NCBI GenBank assembly: GCA_018648805.1
Contig: JABGQM010000013.1
Coordinates: forward strand, 20,067-84,066
Direction: 5' to 3'
DNA length: 64,000 nucleotides
Source: Verrucomicrobiota bacterium
GTDB taxonomy: Bacteria > Verrucomicrobiota > Kiritimatiellia > UBA8416 > JABMPJ01
Part shown: one piece after another, positions 35,628-46,232 of the stretch
Layout of the letters: the number at the start of each line of letters is the position of its first letter
How positions within the stretch are numbered: position 1 is the first letter of the stretch
Translations under genes and position numbers: made by a program
Notes under the pieces: model-generated
The model's input: only the letters and a program-made list of their open reading frames with translations
Told to the model about the DNA's origin: nothing
The model's database searches: none

Positions 35628-37772
35628 CTATCGGTTGTCAGGGCTCACCGGCTTCAGCGTGAAGTCCTTAATAGTCAGCCCCCTGATGTTCTCGCCGCCG
35701 CGTGAGAATGTCACTGCATTCTTCCCCTTAACAAGCGCTACCTCAACAGGCTCTGACGTGTCCCACATGCCCACGGTTAGAGGCAAAACCATGTCGACCG
35801 GTTCGGTGGCGCCATTAACCGAAATGAGCAGGTGCTGATCACCGGTAGGCGTCACCACTCTCGCGCTGACGGCGTATGTACCTGCCTTCGGCGCTGCAAT
35901 GGTATATTCACACTCCGCCAGTCCTCCACCCGTCCGGCTGTAGTGAAGCTGCTTGCCGCCCAGAACGCTGTCCATGAAGAGTATCTTTCCCGTGCTGCTT
36001 GTCGGGTTTGAGCAGGCCACTGCGGGAACCGTAATGGTCCCATCTTTCGCCACAACGATCGCCTTGTCCTCATCGGTCAGGCCGACCTTTTCGATAAGGA
36101 TCTCTTCCTTAGTCTCGTTCGCTTCGCCAATGTCGGTACCGACGGCGGCGAGTGCCACGGCCTTGGCCTCTTCAATAATCTTGCGCTGACGATAGAGGGA
36201 CACCCCGTACCAGAAACCAGGCTCACCTGAAAGGAGACCGAAGACCTGCTTCTCGCCAAACACATCGCCCATCCACTGAGCGCGCTTGACCTCAACAAAG
36301 GCCTCATCGTTCTCCCGCGCCTGCGTACTCGCCAGAAAGTCACGGTCTTTGGTATAGCGTCCCTTGGTCGTACCCGCACCCCAACCGCCGCCCAGGCAGA
36401 CCACCCAGCCGTCTGGCGTCCAGTGCGTCAAAGCGGCATGGCCCGGCTGCGGGCGCGCCGTCGTCGGCACGCCAAAACTGCGCAGGATGAAACGACCAAA
36501 GAACGCGCGGCGTCCGCATACCCCGCCGTTCATAAGGATGTTCTGGAAGAACTGCAGTTCAGGTTTATCAAACTTATTGAACTGCGACCCATACCGGATA
36601 TCCGTTCTGACCGCCGCCACATAGCGCCACCGATAGTCGGGCGTTGAGATGTGATCAGGCCGATAGTTGTGGAGCATCTCACGCCCCCAGGCGAGAATCT
36701 CATCGGGTTCCTCTCCGTCCACCGTCATGCGATAGTCCCAAACGCTATGCGCCTTGAACCCAGGATCCAGCTCATCGGCCAGATACGCCTTCTCGAAATG
36801 CATATAGCGCTTCAGAGGGTCCACATACTTCGGTGCATCGGTGTCGCCAACCGCGCTTCTCTGTCCACGCGGCGTCGCATGCTCCAGGCTCACAGCCAGC
36901 GCTAGACGCTGTAGCTCGCCGTCTTGCGCCTTCTTGCTCGCCTTCTGGATATCCATGTAGATCTTCATCGCCTGACCGTACTTGCCGTTTGCTTCGCCAT
37001 CAGCAATGGCCATCTGCTTCATCAGGTCAGCGTCCGACAGGAGCGTCTTGACCAGCTTCGCCTGCTTCTTGCCCTGCTGAGAAAATTCAGCCAAACCGCG
37101 CGGCGTGGCCTCGGACATAACCACATACTTCGCAAGCTTCGCATCCAACCTGTCGCTGCTAAGGGCATCCTCGAGACCGAGATCCTTGATCGCCTTCATC
37201 GTCGCCGCCTGCGCCTTTGCCAGCGCTTCCTTGGCGTCCTCCAGATCTTTGATCAACTTCGGCTCTTCCTGCTTTGCGGCGTCATAGACCGCCTGCCGCT
37301 CCTTGAGGGCTGCGAGACCGTCCTCCTTGTTCTTCTGCCAGTTGGCCAGCTCTTGCTTCGCCGCGTCTCGTTCGGCATCTGTGGTCGCGTTCTTGAGCTT
37401 TTCGGTAGAGGAAACGATGCCCTTTTCGGCTCCGCCGATCCACTTGCCCTTTGCATGGTTCACTGAACCCGCTGCTCTACCGATCTTGCCAAGCGCCTTC
37501 TGCTTGGTGTTTCGATCCGTTTCTGCTGTCTTCTCAAAGGCGCGGGCCTCGAGACAGGCGCTCTTCTTCTGCGCGTCCACGGTCGGTATGGCCTTCTGAA
37601 GCTCGGCCTGCAGGGCCTTGAGCTGGCCGGAATACTGCGCTTCAAGTTTCTGCCCGGCCTCCGTGAGCGGGACCACCGGTGGCGCTGCTCTTCTGGCCGC
37701 AAGCGCGCCGTCGGTGCACATGACCATCGCAACAACCAGACATACAGTACGAATCACAGTTCTTCCTGACAT
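35628..37772 (-). CDS. Secreted transglutaminase-like (Cys-His-Asp) domain protein D with a coiled-coil N-terminal region and a C-terminal beta-sandwich (paralog of C)
   Basis: Start MSGRTVIRTVCLVVAMVMC, preceded by an AAAGGGAGAGAG RBS. Core NGGVCGRRAFFGRFILRSFGVPTTARPQPGHAALTHWTPDGW. Shared blocks NYRPDHISTPDYRWRY. Confidence 0.55.
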   Translation of the reverse strand: MSGRTVIRTVCLVVAMVMCTDGALAARRAAPPVVPLTEAGQKLEAQYSGQLKALQAELQKAIPTVDAQKKSACLEARAFEKTAETDRNTKQKALGKIGRAAGSVNHAKGKWIGGAEKGIVSSTEKLKNATTDAERDAAKQELANWQKNKEDGLAALKERQAVYDAAKQEEPKLIKDLEDAKEALAKAQAATMKAIKDLGLEDALSSDRLDAKLAKYVVMSEATPRGLAEFSQQGKKQAKLVKTLLSDADLMKQMAIADGEANGKYGQAMKIYMDIQKASKKAQDGELQRLALAVSLEHATPRGQRSAVGDTDAPKYVDPLKRYMHFEKAYLADELDPGFKAHSVWDYRMTVDGEEPDEILAWGREMLHNYRPDHISTPDYRWRYVAAVRTDIRYGSQFNKFDKPELQFFQNILMNGGVCGRRAFFGRFILRSFGVPTTARPQPGHAALTHWTPDGWVVCLGGGWGAGTTKGRYTKDRDFLASTQARENDEAFVEVKRAQWMGDVFGEKQVFGLLSGEPGFWYGVSLYRQRKIIEEAKAVALAAVGTDIGEANETKEEILIEKVGLTDEDKAIVVAKDGTITVPAVACSNPTSSTGKILFMDSVLGGKQLHYSRTGGGLAECEYTIAAPKAGTYAVSARVVTPTGDQHLLISVNGATEPVDMVLPLTVGMWDTSEPVEVALVKGKNAVTFSRGGENIRGLTIKDFTLKPVSPDNR

Positions 37773-37903
37773 AATACTCTCTCCCTTTATGATGCTTCCG
37801 GGTTTCCCGGGTGTTCTTCTGTTCGCCTTCATGCTTACCTGTTCCCAACTGAATCGGTTCTTGTCTGCTTGTGGAGGAAGGTCTGTCGGTTAAGTGTATC
37901 CGA

Positions 37904-38049
37904 GTTCACGACAAAGTTCTCGAAGCAGTTTTCCCGATTCAGTTCACGACAAAGTTCACGCAACAGATGAGGCGAAGACAGGAACTACCCCGTAAACATT
38001 GTCGTGAACTATCCCGGAACTAACTATTCCGTGAACATTGTCGTCAACT
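37904..38049. promoter_or_regulatory. Array of four copies of a 16-20-bp motif AGTTCACGACAA(A/T)GTT (two direct, two inverted) in the DUF58 / protein D intergenic region
   Basis: 37904-37919 agttcacgacaaagtt; 37941-37960 agttcacgacaaagttcacg; 37995-38010 aacattgtcgtgaact (reverse complement of the motif); 38030-38049 cgtgaacattgtcgtcaact (reverse complement of copy 2, 17/20). About 170 nt upstream of the D start. Confidence 0.6.
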
Positions 38050-38131
38050 ACTTCGAATCCTCTCTCCCTTTGTTCTCCATGCCCCATACCACATGTAGGG
38101 GCCCTTGAATAAGTCCGCCGACCAAACTAAC

Positions 38132-39106
38132 TTATGTCCGTGCGCCTACGGCGGCGCCGGTTAGTGAGGCGGACCGCTCGGCAAAGAATTCATTCAGCAC
38201 CTCATCAACCGGGCGCGAGATATCAACGGTCTTGTAATCGATGTTGGCCCCGATGCAGCCCGACCGCAGCCTCTCAAGATAGGTCTTCAGATTGGTCATA
38301 TAGTCATCGCGGATGCGCTCGGGCTGGGTCGTCAGCGGCATTTCCTGCTCGAGTCCCTCGAAACGCCAGGTGCCCTTGAACGGGAATTCCAGCTCATGGG
38401 GGTCGAGCGTATGGAGTACCATCACGTTGTGACCGTCGAAGCGAAGATGGTCGAGCCCAGCCAGAACATCTTCCGGATCGGCGAGTAGATCGGAGATGAG
38501 CACCACAAAAGAGCGGCGCTTCATCATCAGGGCAATGTCATGCAGCTGTTTGGCGATGGTGGTCTTGGGCGTCGGCTTGATGTCGCGAAGCAGTCGGTCG
38601 ATCTCGACAATGATCCCCTTTGCCGAACGCGGCGGCATATAGGCGCGCACTTCCGAATCGAAGATGGAAAGCCCCACCGAATCGCGCTGTTTGAGCACCA
38701 GATAGGCCAACGAGGCCGCCAGGTACTTGGTGTATTCCAGCTTGTTGACCTTGCCGGATCCATAGCTCATCGAGGCACTGGCATCCACCAGGATATGGCA
38801 GTCGAAGTTGGTCTCGGCCTCGTAGAGCTTGGTGTAATAGCGGTCGGTGCGGCCATACACGCGCCAGTCGATGTCGCGAATCGGGTCGCCCGGCGCATAT
38901 TGCCGGTGATGCGCAAACTCGGTGCTGAAGCCGCGCAGCGGACTGCGATGGCTCCCCACGCGCAATCCTTCCACCACTTCGCGGGCGACCAACTCAAGGT
39001 CGCCCAGTTTCTGCAGCAGCTCCGGGTCGAGGTAGTTGATTTGGGTTAAGTGCTCAGACATAGGTTCACCGTCTTCCTCGCGTCGGGTTTCAGATGTCAG
39101 AATCAA
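38132..39106 (-). CDS. DUF58 family protein (vWA-like, MoxR partner)
   Basis: Hallmark DUF58 block SPLRGFSTEFAHHRQYAPGDPIRDIDWRVYGRTDRYYTKLYEAE, then HILVDASASMSYG. Lies immediately downstream of MoxR. Confidence 0.85.
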   Translation of the reverse strand: MILTSETRREEDGEPMSEHLTQINYLDPELLQKLGDLELVAREVVEGLRVGSHRSPLRGFSTEFAHHRQYAPGDPIRDIDWRVYGRTDRYYTKLYEAETNFDCHILVDASASMSYGSGKVNKLEYTKYLAASLAYLVLKQRDSVGLSIFDSEVRAYMPPRSAKGIIVEIDRLLRDIKPTPKTTIAKQLHDIALMMKRRSFVVLISDLLADPEDVLAGLDHLRFDGHNVMVLHTLDPHELEFPFKGTWRFEGLEQEMPLTTQPERIRDDYMTNLKTYLERLRSGCIGANIDYKTVDISRPVDEVLNEFFAERSASLTGAAVGART

Positions 39107-39110
39107 TCGC

Positions 39111-39142
39111 GATCGATTGCTGCCGATTGCTATCGATCTGCT
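39111..39142. repeat. 10-bp tandem repeat CGATTGCTRY x2 (+CGATCTGCT) in the MoxR-DUF58 spacer
   Basis: gatcgattgctgccgattgctatcgatctgct. The unit is shared with 25258..25303. Confidence 0.7.
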
Positions 39143-39151
39143 CTCTCCGCG

Positions 39152-40171
<1,020 letters not shown>

Positions 40172-40228
40172 TCTCTCTCCCTCACGCTTCATGCTATTGC
40201 TGATCACCTATTCGAGTGCCCTGCCTGA

Positions 40229-40301
40229 GGCCTCGCTTTCGGCGAAAGCGGGCTACAAAGAAGGCGCGTTCCTGTAGCCCGCTCTCGCCGAGAGCGAGGC
40301 C
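40229..40301. repeat. REP-like element copy directly upstream of moxR
   Basis: ggcctcgctttcggcgaaagcgggctacaaagaaggcgcgttcctgtagcccgctctcgccgagagcgaggcc. Confidence 0.85.
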
Positions 40302-40459
40302 CCACGGATAACTGATTCCATCGACCACACTTTGTCAGCACACAACCTAGTATGCCCAACGACGGCCACGAAAGGTGCTTTTGCGACAAACGCCCTGCTT
40401 CTTTGCGACAGATCAACACCTGTTCGCCTTGGTTGCTGCCACTCAGTGCTTCTCGACCG

Positions 40460-42121
40460 TCACCCTTTCACGCCGCTCATGACTACACCCTGGATGAAGT
40501 ATCGCTGGGCCAGGAAGAAGATGACCAGCACCGGGGCCACCATAATCAGAGACCCGGCCATAAGCAGGGAGAAGCTGCCGCCACTCTGGAGCTGGAAGCT
40601 GAAGAGGCCCAGCGCCAGATTGTAGAGGCGCTGATCGTTGACGTAGATCAGCGGTCCCATGAAGTTGTTCCACGAGCCCATGAACGTGAAGATGGCCACA
40701 GCGGCCAGGGCGGGTCGGACGTTGGGAAGGATGACATTCCAGTAGGTCCTTAGGAAACCGCACCCGTCGATCTTGGCTGCATCCGTGAGGTCCTTGGGAA
40801 TGCCCTTCATCGCCTGCACCAGCAGGAAGACGAAAAACGCATTCCCGAACATGGACGGCACCCACAGCGGAAAGAGGGTGTTGTACCACCCGAGGGACTT
40901 AAAGATGATGAATTGTGGAATCATTGTCACTTGCGCCGGGATCATGAGCGTCGACAGCAGCAGGACGAAGCAGAGCTTTCTGCCCGGCCACTCCATCCGC
41001 GCAAAGGCGTAGGCCACGATCGACGAACTGAGAATCGTCAAGGTGATGTTGGCACAGGCCAGGAATATGCTGACCCAGAGGTAACGGTCGAACGGGACCT
41101 GTTTGAGGACACGCCGGAAGTTCGCGCTGAGCTTGCCCCTCCAGGCGCGCACCGGCCCGCTGCGCACCAGGGTGGCTTCGATCTGCAGTTCATTGGGGGC
41201 GAGGTTATCGACATCGGCCACGGCATGTACAAGCGTCCAGTTCCTCTGCATCGGCTTGCTGTCGTCGGCACTGGGCTCCTGGAAGATCACCTCGGACCAG
41301 CGTGACCCGACGAGCACGAAATCCTCTTCCGCTTCAAAGCGCTTGCCCTTCATGCTGACCGCCACGCGCACCCGGTGGCAGCTCCGGTCGGCCCGGATCG
41401 GGATAGAGATCTGCTTGATCTCTCTCGGGTCGAAGGGCAGCGTGAAGCGGGTGGTCAGCCTGATGGTACCCGAAGGGCCGAACCGGTAGTGCAGATCGCG
41501 TACGGTCTGATCCCCTCCCCCGAAGGGCTCAGCCAGCGTCAGCCCCCCCTCGGTCACGACCCACCGGGACCCGGGCGCGACCTCCACGAAGTCGCGTTTG
41601 CGGAGTATCGGCGAACTGATAGCGGCACGCCGGTAGACCGCATCAAAGACCTTCGCCAGGCGGCCGGGCACGGCAGCGGCTGTCCCGATCTCGGCCATGA
41701 TCCGGTCATCGGCCTCACTCCAGAGCGTGTCGGGTAGCACGCCCAGCAGGTTGGCCCAGAGACCATTCACGAGCGAGGGTATCGCGCCGGCTTGATCAAC
41801 CGGCAGCTCCGCGGCGATATCACTCTGTTCGACCTGCGCACGCAGTGCAGAGCGGATAGCGGGCTGCAGCCGGGCCCAGCCGGGCCCCGCGAGCGCCTCG
41901 GGGCAGGCCATCTCGCCGAAATAGCTACGGTCGACGTAGGGCGATGCGGCGCGCGGCTCGGGGGCCGACGGCAGGATGCGCAGGCGTTCCGGCACCAGCT
42001 CTTCGTCTTCCTTCATGGCCGTGAGCAGCAGCCAGAGGAACGGGATCAGGAAGACAGCACTGCCGATAAACAGGCAGGCATGCAGGGCGAAGCGGGAGCG
42101 TTTTCTGAAGTGCAAGCCCAT
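40460..42121 (-). CDS. Carbohydrate ABC transporter permease (MalG-like) with a ~330-aa periplasmic insertion after TM1
   Basis: EAA-loop region DAAKIDGCGFLRTYWNVILPNVRPAL and a typical C-terminal TM pattern. TM1 FALHACLFIGSAVFLIPFLWLLL, then a long non-membrane segment. Its ATG overlaps the upstream stop (ATGA). Confidence 0.7.
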   Translation of the reverse strand: MGLHFRKRSRFALHACLFIGSAVFLIPFLWLLLTAMKEDEELVPERLRILPSAPEPRAASPYVDRSYFGEMACPEALAGPGWARLQPAIRSALRAQVEQSDIAAELPVDQAGAIPSLVNGLWANLLGVLPDTLWSEADDRIMAEIGTAAAVPGRLAKVFDAVYRRAAISSPILRKRDFVEVAPGSRWVVTEGGLTLAEPFGGGDQTVRDLHYRFGPSGTIRLTTRFTLPFDPREIKQISIPIRADRSCHRVRVAVSMKGKRFEAEEDFVLVGSRWSEVIFQEPSADDSKPMQRNWTLVHAVADVDNLAPNELQIEATLVRSGPVRAWRGKLSANFRRVLKQVPFDRYLWVSIFLACANITLTILSSSIVAYAFARMEWPGRKLCFVLLLSTLMIPAQVTMIPQFIIFKSLGWYNTLFPLWVPSMFGNAFFVFLLVQAMKGIPKDLTDAAKIDGCGFLRTYWNVILPNVRPALAAVAIFTFMGSWNNFMGPLIYVNDQRLYNLALGLFSFQLQSGGSFSLLMAGSLIMVAPVLVIFFLAQRYFIQGVVMSGVKG

Positions 42122-44565
42122 CACGCGTCTCCTTGATAGTGAACCCACCGCTTCGAGTAGCGCATCTGCAGCAGCGTCAAGACGAGCACCAGCACGAACA
42201 GAACCCAGGCCAGTGCGGACGCATACCCCATCCTGAAGAAACGGAACGCCTCATTGAAGATCTTGTAGGCGTAGAACAGGGTGCTGTTGACCGGTCCACC
42301 GTCGGTCATGACATAGGCCTGGTCAAAGATCTGGAAGGTGGCGATGAACCCCATGATCATGTTGAAGAAGATGTAGGGACTCAGCATCGGCAGCGTGATG
42401 GCAGAGAAGCGCCGCACGGCGCCCGCGCCGTCGATGCTGGCCGCCTCATACAGCGATTCGGGGATGGATTTGAGCCCGCCGAGCCAGATGACCAGTCCGC
42501 CGCCAGCGCTCCACAGTCCCATAATAATGAGGGCCGGCTTGGCCCACATCTCGTCCAGCAGCCATTTGGGTCCCACGATGCCAAACAGACTCAACGCCGT
42601 ATTCAAGAGTCCGCGATTCGGCTCAAACATCCAGATCCAGAGGACCGAGGAGGCCACCACCGGCATCACGGCCGGCATATAGAAGATCGTGCGGTAGACC
42701 GACATCCCTTTGAGTTCGCGGTGCAGCAGAAGCGCCAGACCGAGACCCACACCGAGTGATAGTGGCAGGCCGAGCAGCATGAACACCGTGTTGCCGAGGG
42801 CTTTGTAGAACAGCGTGTCGTTAAAAAGCATCTCCCGGTAGTTATCGAGCCCCACGACAACCGCCGGCGTAAACACATCGTAGGAGCAGAAGCTGATGAT
42901 CAGCGAGAACAGGATCGGGCCGCCACCGAAGATGATGAAACCGAAGATCCACGGTGAGGCACATAGAGCACCGTCCCACAATTCGCGGCGGAAGATCCCT
43001 TTGACGTGGCGGCCGCCAACCTTCCATATCACCATCCCGGCCACGGCGATCAGCGCGATATACAAACCGATGACAATCGGCCAGGGCGCCTCAGCACCTT
43101 GCGGCGGCTGTAGCACGCCATCCAAGTCACGCTGAACGATGGCCGTCCCCTTCTTCAGAGCCTCCTCCGGTATCAGCTTGTGGAAGAGCGCCGCCTCCAT
43201 GGCGTTGACATGTTCCTCCCAGAGGCGCTGGCCCACCGGGGTAACCGGCCGGAAGCGGCTGTGGGACAGCAGGGCGAGTATCTGGCTGTAGGCCTCTCGC
43301 AGTTCCGCGGGAATCTCGTGGGCGTTCGCGACATATTTCTCATACAACAGCCGCGAGGTCGCCCTGTTGGGGCTGTACCGGGGGATGTACATGCGTCCCA
43401 TGCTGCGCGCCTGCTGGGCACGGCGCGCGTGCAACATCATTTCCGCCTTCCGGGAAACCAGTGACTGGATCAGCATCCAGGAGGCCTCTGGGTTGCGCGC
43501 GGTCTTGGGTACGGAGAACGCATAGCCGCCGCTCCAGCTGATGGGCTCAGCCCCCTCATCGCTACGGCGCTGGGGAATCGGTGCCGGGGCCACGAGGAAT
43601 TCCATGTCAGGCTTGTAAGCAGCGATGGAGTCGAAACACCAGTTCCCATCGATCTTCATGGCGACCTGATCGTTGAGGAACGGGTCCAGCGGGCCGGTCT
43701 GCAACGACTGCTGGAACGCGTATACCTCCTGTACGCCGCCCAGCGCGTCATAGACGTCGACCATGTACTCAAGCGCCTCCACGACCTCAGGGGAGTCCAT
43801 CGTGCAGGTTTGGCCATCCTCGCTCATGAAGCGGGCACCGTTCATCCAGCCATACAGGTACAGCCAGGCATTGCCGAAGTTGGGCGCGAAGCCAAGCGTC
43901 TTGATGCCGCCATCAGGATGCTTGCGAGTGAGCTTGATCGCGTAGGCCTTCAGTTCGGCCCAGTTCTGCGGTGGCCGCACGTCGCCGGCCCTGGCCTTCC
44001 CGGCCTTCACCTGCGGCTCGTCGGCCTTCCAAACATAGCCCGCGCGACGCAGCAGGGCCTTGTTGCAGTAGAGCGCACGGTTGTCGATGCTGTGCGGGAT
44101 ACCGTAGCAGCGTCCGCGGTAGACCGTTTCGTCCCAGGCGGCGCTGAAGTAGTCCTCGCGCTGAATACCGTCGGGGCTGTCCTGGTCCCGTGCGAGAAAG
44201 GCATCCAGCGAGAGAAAGGTGCCCCGTGCCGCCCATTCGGTGATGGCGAAACGGTCGTAGAAAATGACATCCGGCGGCACGCCACCCGCGGTACCCAGGA
44301 GGAAGCGCGTCGGATCGCCGGTCAGGTTACGCACCGACGCCGTACCACTGATCACGCGATACGCCGGGTTCTCGCGCTCGAAGTGTTCCACCACCGGACG
44401 GTAGTCTTCGATCTGCTCAGGGCTGGCAAACCAGATCGAGATCTCGGTGCGGGTATCCCGTTCCCACTTCACATGCAGCGTCAGGAATCCCGCGACAAAC
44501 AGGCCTACAATCAGACAGACAATGGCATTCGATCGCAGCCATGTGATAGGAGCATGCATAGACAT
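42121..44565 (-). CDS. Fusion protein: membrane-anchored extracellular solute-binding protein (SBP family 1) fused to an ABC permease (MalF-like)
   Basis: An N-terminal TM anchor, then ~450 aa of sugar-SBP-like sequence (WFASPEQIEDYRPVVEHFERENPAYRV...), then six TM helices with the EAA region EAASIDGAGAVRRFSAITLP. One 814-aa ORF. Confidence 0.65.
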   Translation of the reverse strand: MSMHAPITWLRSNAIVCLIVGLFVAGFLTLHVKWERDTRTEISIWFASPEQIEDYRPVVEHFERENPAYRVISGTASVRNLTGDPTRFLLGTAGGVPPDVIFYDRFAITEWAARGTFLSLDAFLARDQDSPDGIQREDYFSAAWDETVYRGRCYGIPHSIDNRALYCNKALLRRAGYVWKADEPQVKAGKARAGDVRPPQNWAELKAYAIKLTRKHPDGGIKTLGFAPNFGNAWLYLYGWMNGARFMSEDGQTCTMDSPEVVEALEYMVDVYDALGGVQEVYAFQQSLQTGPLDPFLNDQVAMKIDGNWCFDSIAAYKPDMEFLVAPAPIPQRRSDEGAEPISWSGGYAFSVPKTARNPEASWMLIQSLVSRKAEMMLHARRAQQARSMGRMYIPRYSPNRATSRLLYEKYVANAHEIPAELREAYSQILALLSHSRFRPVTPVGQRLWEEHVNAMEAALFHKLIPEEALKKGTAIVQRDLDGVLQPPQGAEAPWPIVIGLYIALIAVAGMVIWKVGGRHVKGIFRRELWDGALCASPWIFGFIIFGGGPILFSLIISFCSYDVFTPAVVVGLDNYREMLFNDTLFYKALGNTVFMLLGLPLSLGVGLGLALLLHRELKGMSVYRTIFYMPAVMPVVASSVLWIWMFEPNRGLLNTALSLFGIVGPKWLLDEMWAKPALIIMGLWSAGGGLVIWLGGLKSIPESLYEAASIDGAGAVRRFSAITLPMLSPYIFFNMIMGFIATFQIFDQAYVMTDGGPVNSTLFYAYKIFNEAFRFFRMGYASALAWVLFVLVLVLTLLQMRYSKRWVHYQGDA

Positions 44566-44590
44566 TCTGCTTTGTGACCCTTCTCGGCAG

Positions 44591-44663
44591 GGCCTCGCGC
44601 TCGGCGAGCGCGGGCTACAGGGACGCGGATTCTCTGTAGCCCGCTCTCGCCGAGAGCGAGGCC
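44591..44663. repeat. REP-like element copy (intergenic, esterase / transporter)
   Basis: ggcctcgcgctcggcgagcgcgggctacagggacgcggattctctgtagcccgctctcgccgagagcgaggcc. Confidence 0.85.
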
Positions 44664-44707
44664 GGATTCAACCCCACTCTCTACCCCAATTTCAGTCCCA
44701 TCACCTT

Positions 44708-46186
44708 CTACGGCGCGAAGAACGACTCCATCTTCGAGGTCGATTCAGGACCGGCGTCCCCAAAGTATTTATCGGCCAGGTCCACACGGCCCAGACTCTC
44801 CAGGTAGACGCCCGCCAGGGCTCGCGCGTCACGGTTGTCCGGCTTGAGCTGTGTGACGAGGACGGCCAGATTGGCGAAGTCGACCGGCTTGAGATCCGTG
44901 GACCTGATGGCGACGCTCTTCCCTGAGCCCGCGCTAAACGTCAAGCTGTTGGCGTCCTCGACCGACACCAGGGAAACCTTCGCCCGCGTCAGGCTCAGCG
45001 GGACCGCCTTGCCGGTGCGCAGCAAGCCGGCATCACTCACCTTCACCAGGGCCTTCATCATCGTGTGGTTAAGCAATTGGATCTTCATGGGCGACACGCC
45101 GCGTGCTTTGCGCAGAGGTGGCGCGGCCGTGCGGGATGTCGCGCTCTTGCGTCCCCCGCCCCCGCGGCTCTCCTCCAGCATCTCGGCCATGGCCCGCCCC
45201 ATGCCTTCACCAACATTCATGTAGGTTTCCGAGTTTCCGCCGTAGTGGCCGTTGGCACTACCGGGCTTGGAGACAGGGTTGGAATAGAAGGTGGCCACGT
45301 TGCCCTTGAACTCGGGGTGCTTTCCGCTCTTGCCGTCAACCGCGAGCTGGGCATCCGTAATGGTGCCACCAGCGCCGCCGCTCCCCTTCTGGGCCTGTCC
45401 CATGGTGGCACAGACGAAGAGGGCGTCCGGGGCATTGAAGTCCTTGCGCAGGTCCTTGATGAAATGGACGAGGTTCTCTTCATACTTGTCCGCATTGCCA
45501 CCTCGGCCCAGATCCTTGGCGCCCTGCCAGAAGCAGAATCCCGCGACTTCGAATGTCTTGGCGCCCGGGTAGTAGGTGCTCAGGTCCTCAAGGACCTCCT
45601 TGGCGGCTCTTGTGTCCCCGTCATACTGCACACCGGCATACCAGCCTCCCGGTTTCGGTGTTCGGGTGGGATCGCCCTTGTCCCCTTCATAACCGTCCGC
45701 GCTGGGTGGCAGAAGATCGTAGCCCAAACTGCGGTTGCCGATGCAGCTCTTCAGGATCAAGACGGGTTCGTCCAGCACCCGGCCGACATAGTGTCCGATG
45801 CCGACCTCCGGGCCGATGTGCTTGCCACTGATCGTCATCCACTCATTCTTGTAAGTCTTCCAGGGGCCGGAGCCGGAACACATGACCCGCACGTTGCGCA
45901 CGTCTTGGCGCACGGTCCAGTTGCCGGCATCATCCACAAGGTAGGGGTACAGCTGCTTATTCTTCACGGCGTTATCAAGTGATCCTTCGCCGCCGGCGAC
46001 CTTGCCGAAGCCCAGCATGTTTGACTGTCCGAGCAGGATAAACACCTGGACCGGCTTCCTCATGTCGGCCGGCTCGCCGTCCGGGTCAGGAAGCTCTGCG
46101 GGAAGTCCCACCGCCATACCGCTTAGCAGGTGACTCGCGATCACCGCAACGAGAAGACTCCATACGATTCTGGTCTGCGCTCTCAT
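44708..46186 (-). CDS. Sialate O-acetylesterase-like (SASA / SGNH-type) carbohydrate esterase with a C-terminal extension
   Basis: VFILLGQSNMLG (GQSN catalytic block). Start MRAQTRIVWSLLVAVIA, preceded by an AGGAGGGG RBS. The track ORF extends upstream into a REP element. Confidence 0.65.
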   Translation of the reverse strand: MRAQTRIVWSLLVAVIASHLLSGMAVGLPAELPDPDGEPADMRKPVQVFILLGQSNMLGFGKVAGGEGSLDNAVKNKQLYPYLVDDAGNWTVRQDVRNVRVMCSGSGPWKTYKNEWMTISGKHIGPEVGIGHYVGRVLDEPVLILKSCIGNRSLGYDLLPPSADGYEGDKGDPTRTPKPGGWYAGVQYDGDTRAAKEVLEDLSTYYPGAKTFEVAGFCFWQGAKDLGRGGNADKYEENLVHFIKDLRKDFNAPDALFVCATMGQAQKGSGGAGGTITDAQLAVDGKSGKHPEFKGNVATFYSNPVSKPGSANGHYGGNSETYMNVGEGMGRAMAEMLEESRGGGGRKSATSRTAAPPLRKARGVSPMKIQLLNHTMMKALVKVSDAGLLRTGKAVPLSLTRAKVSLVSVEDANSLTFSAGSGKSVAIRSTDLKPVDFANLAVLVTQLKPDNRDARALAGVYLESLGRVDLADKYFGDAGPESTSKMESFFAP

Positions 46187-46232
46187 CTTGCCCCTCCTGT
46201 TCCTGGCTCCTTGATTCTGCATACACCGCCCC

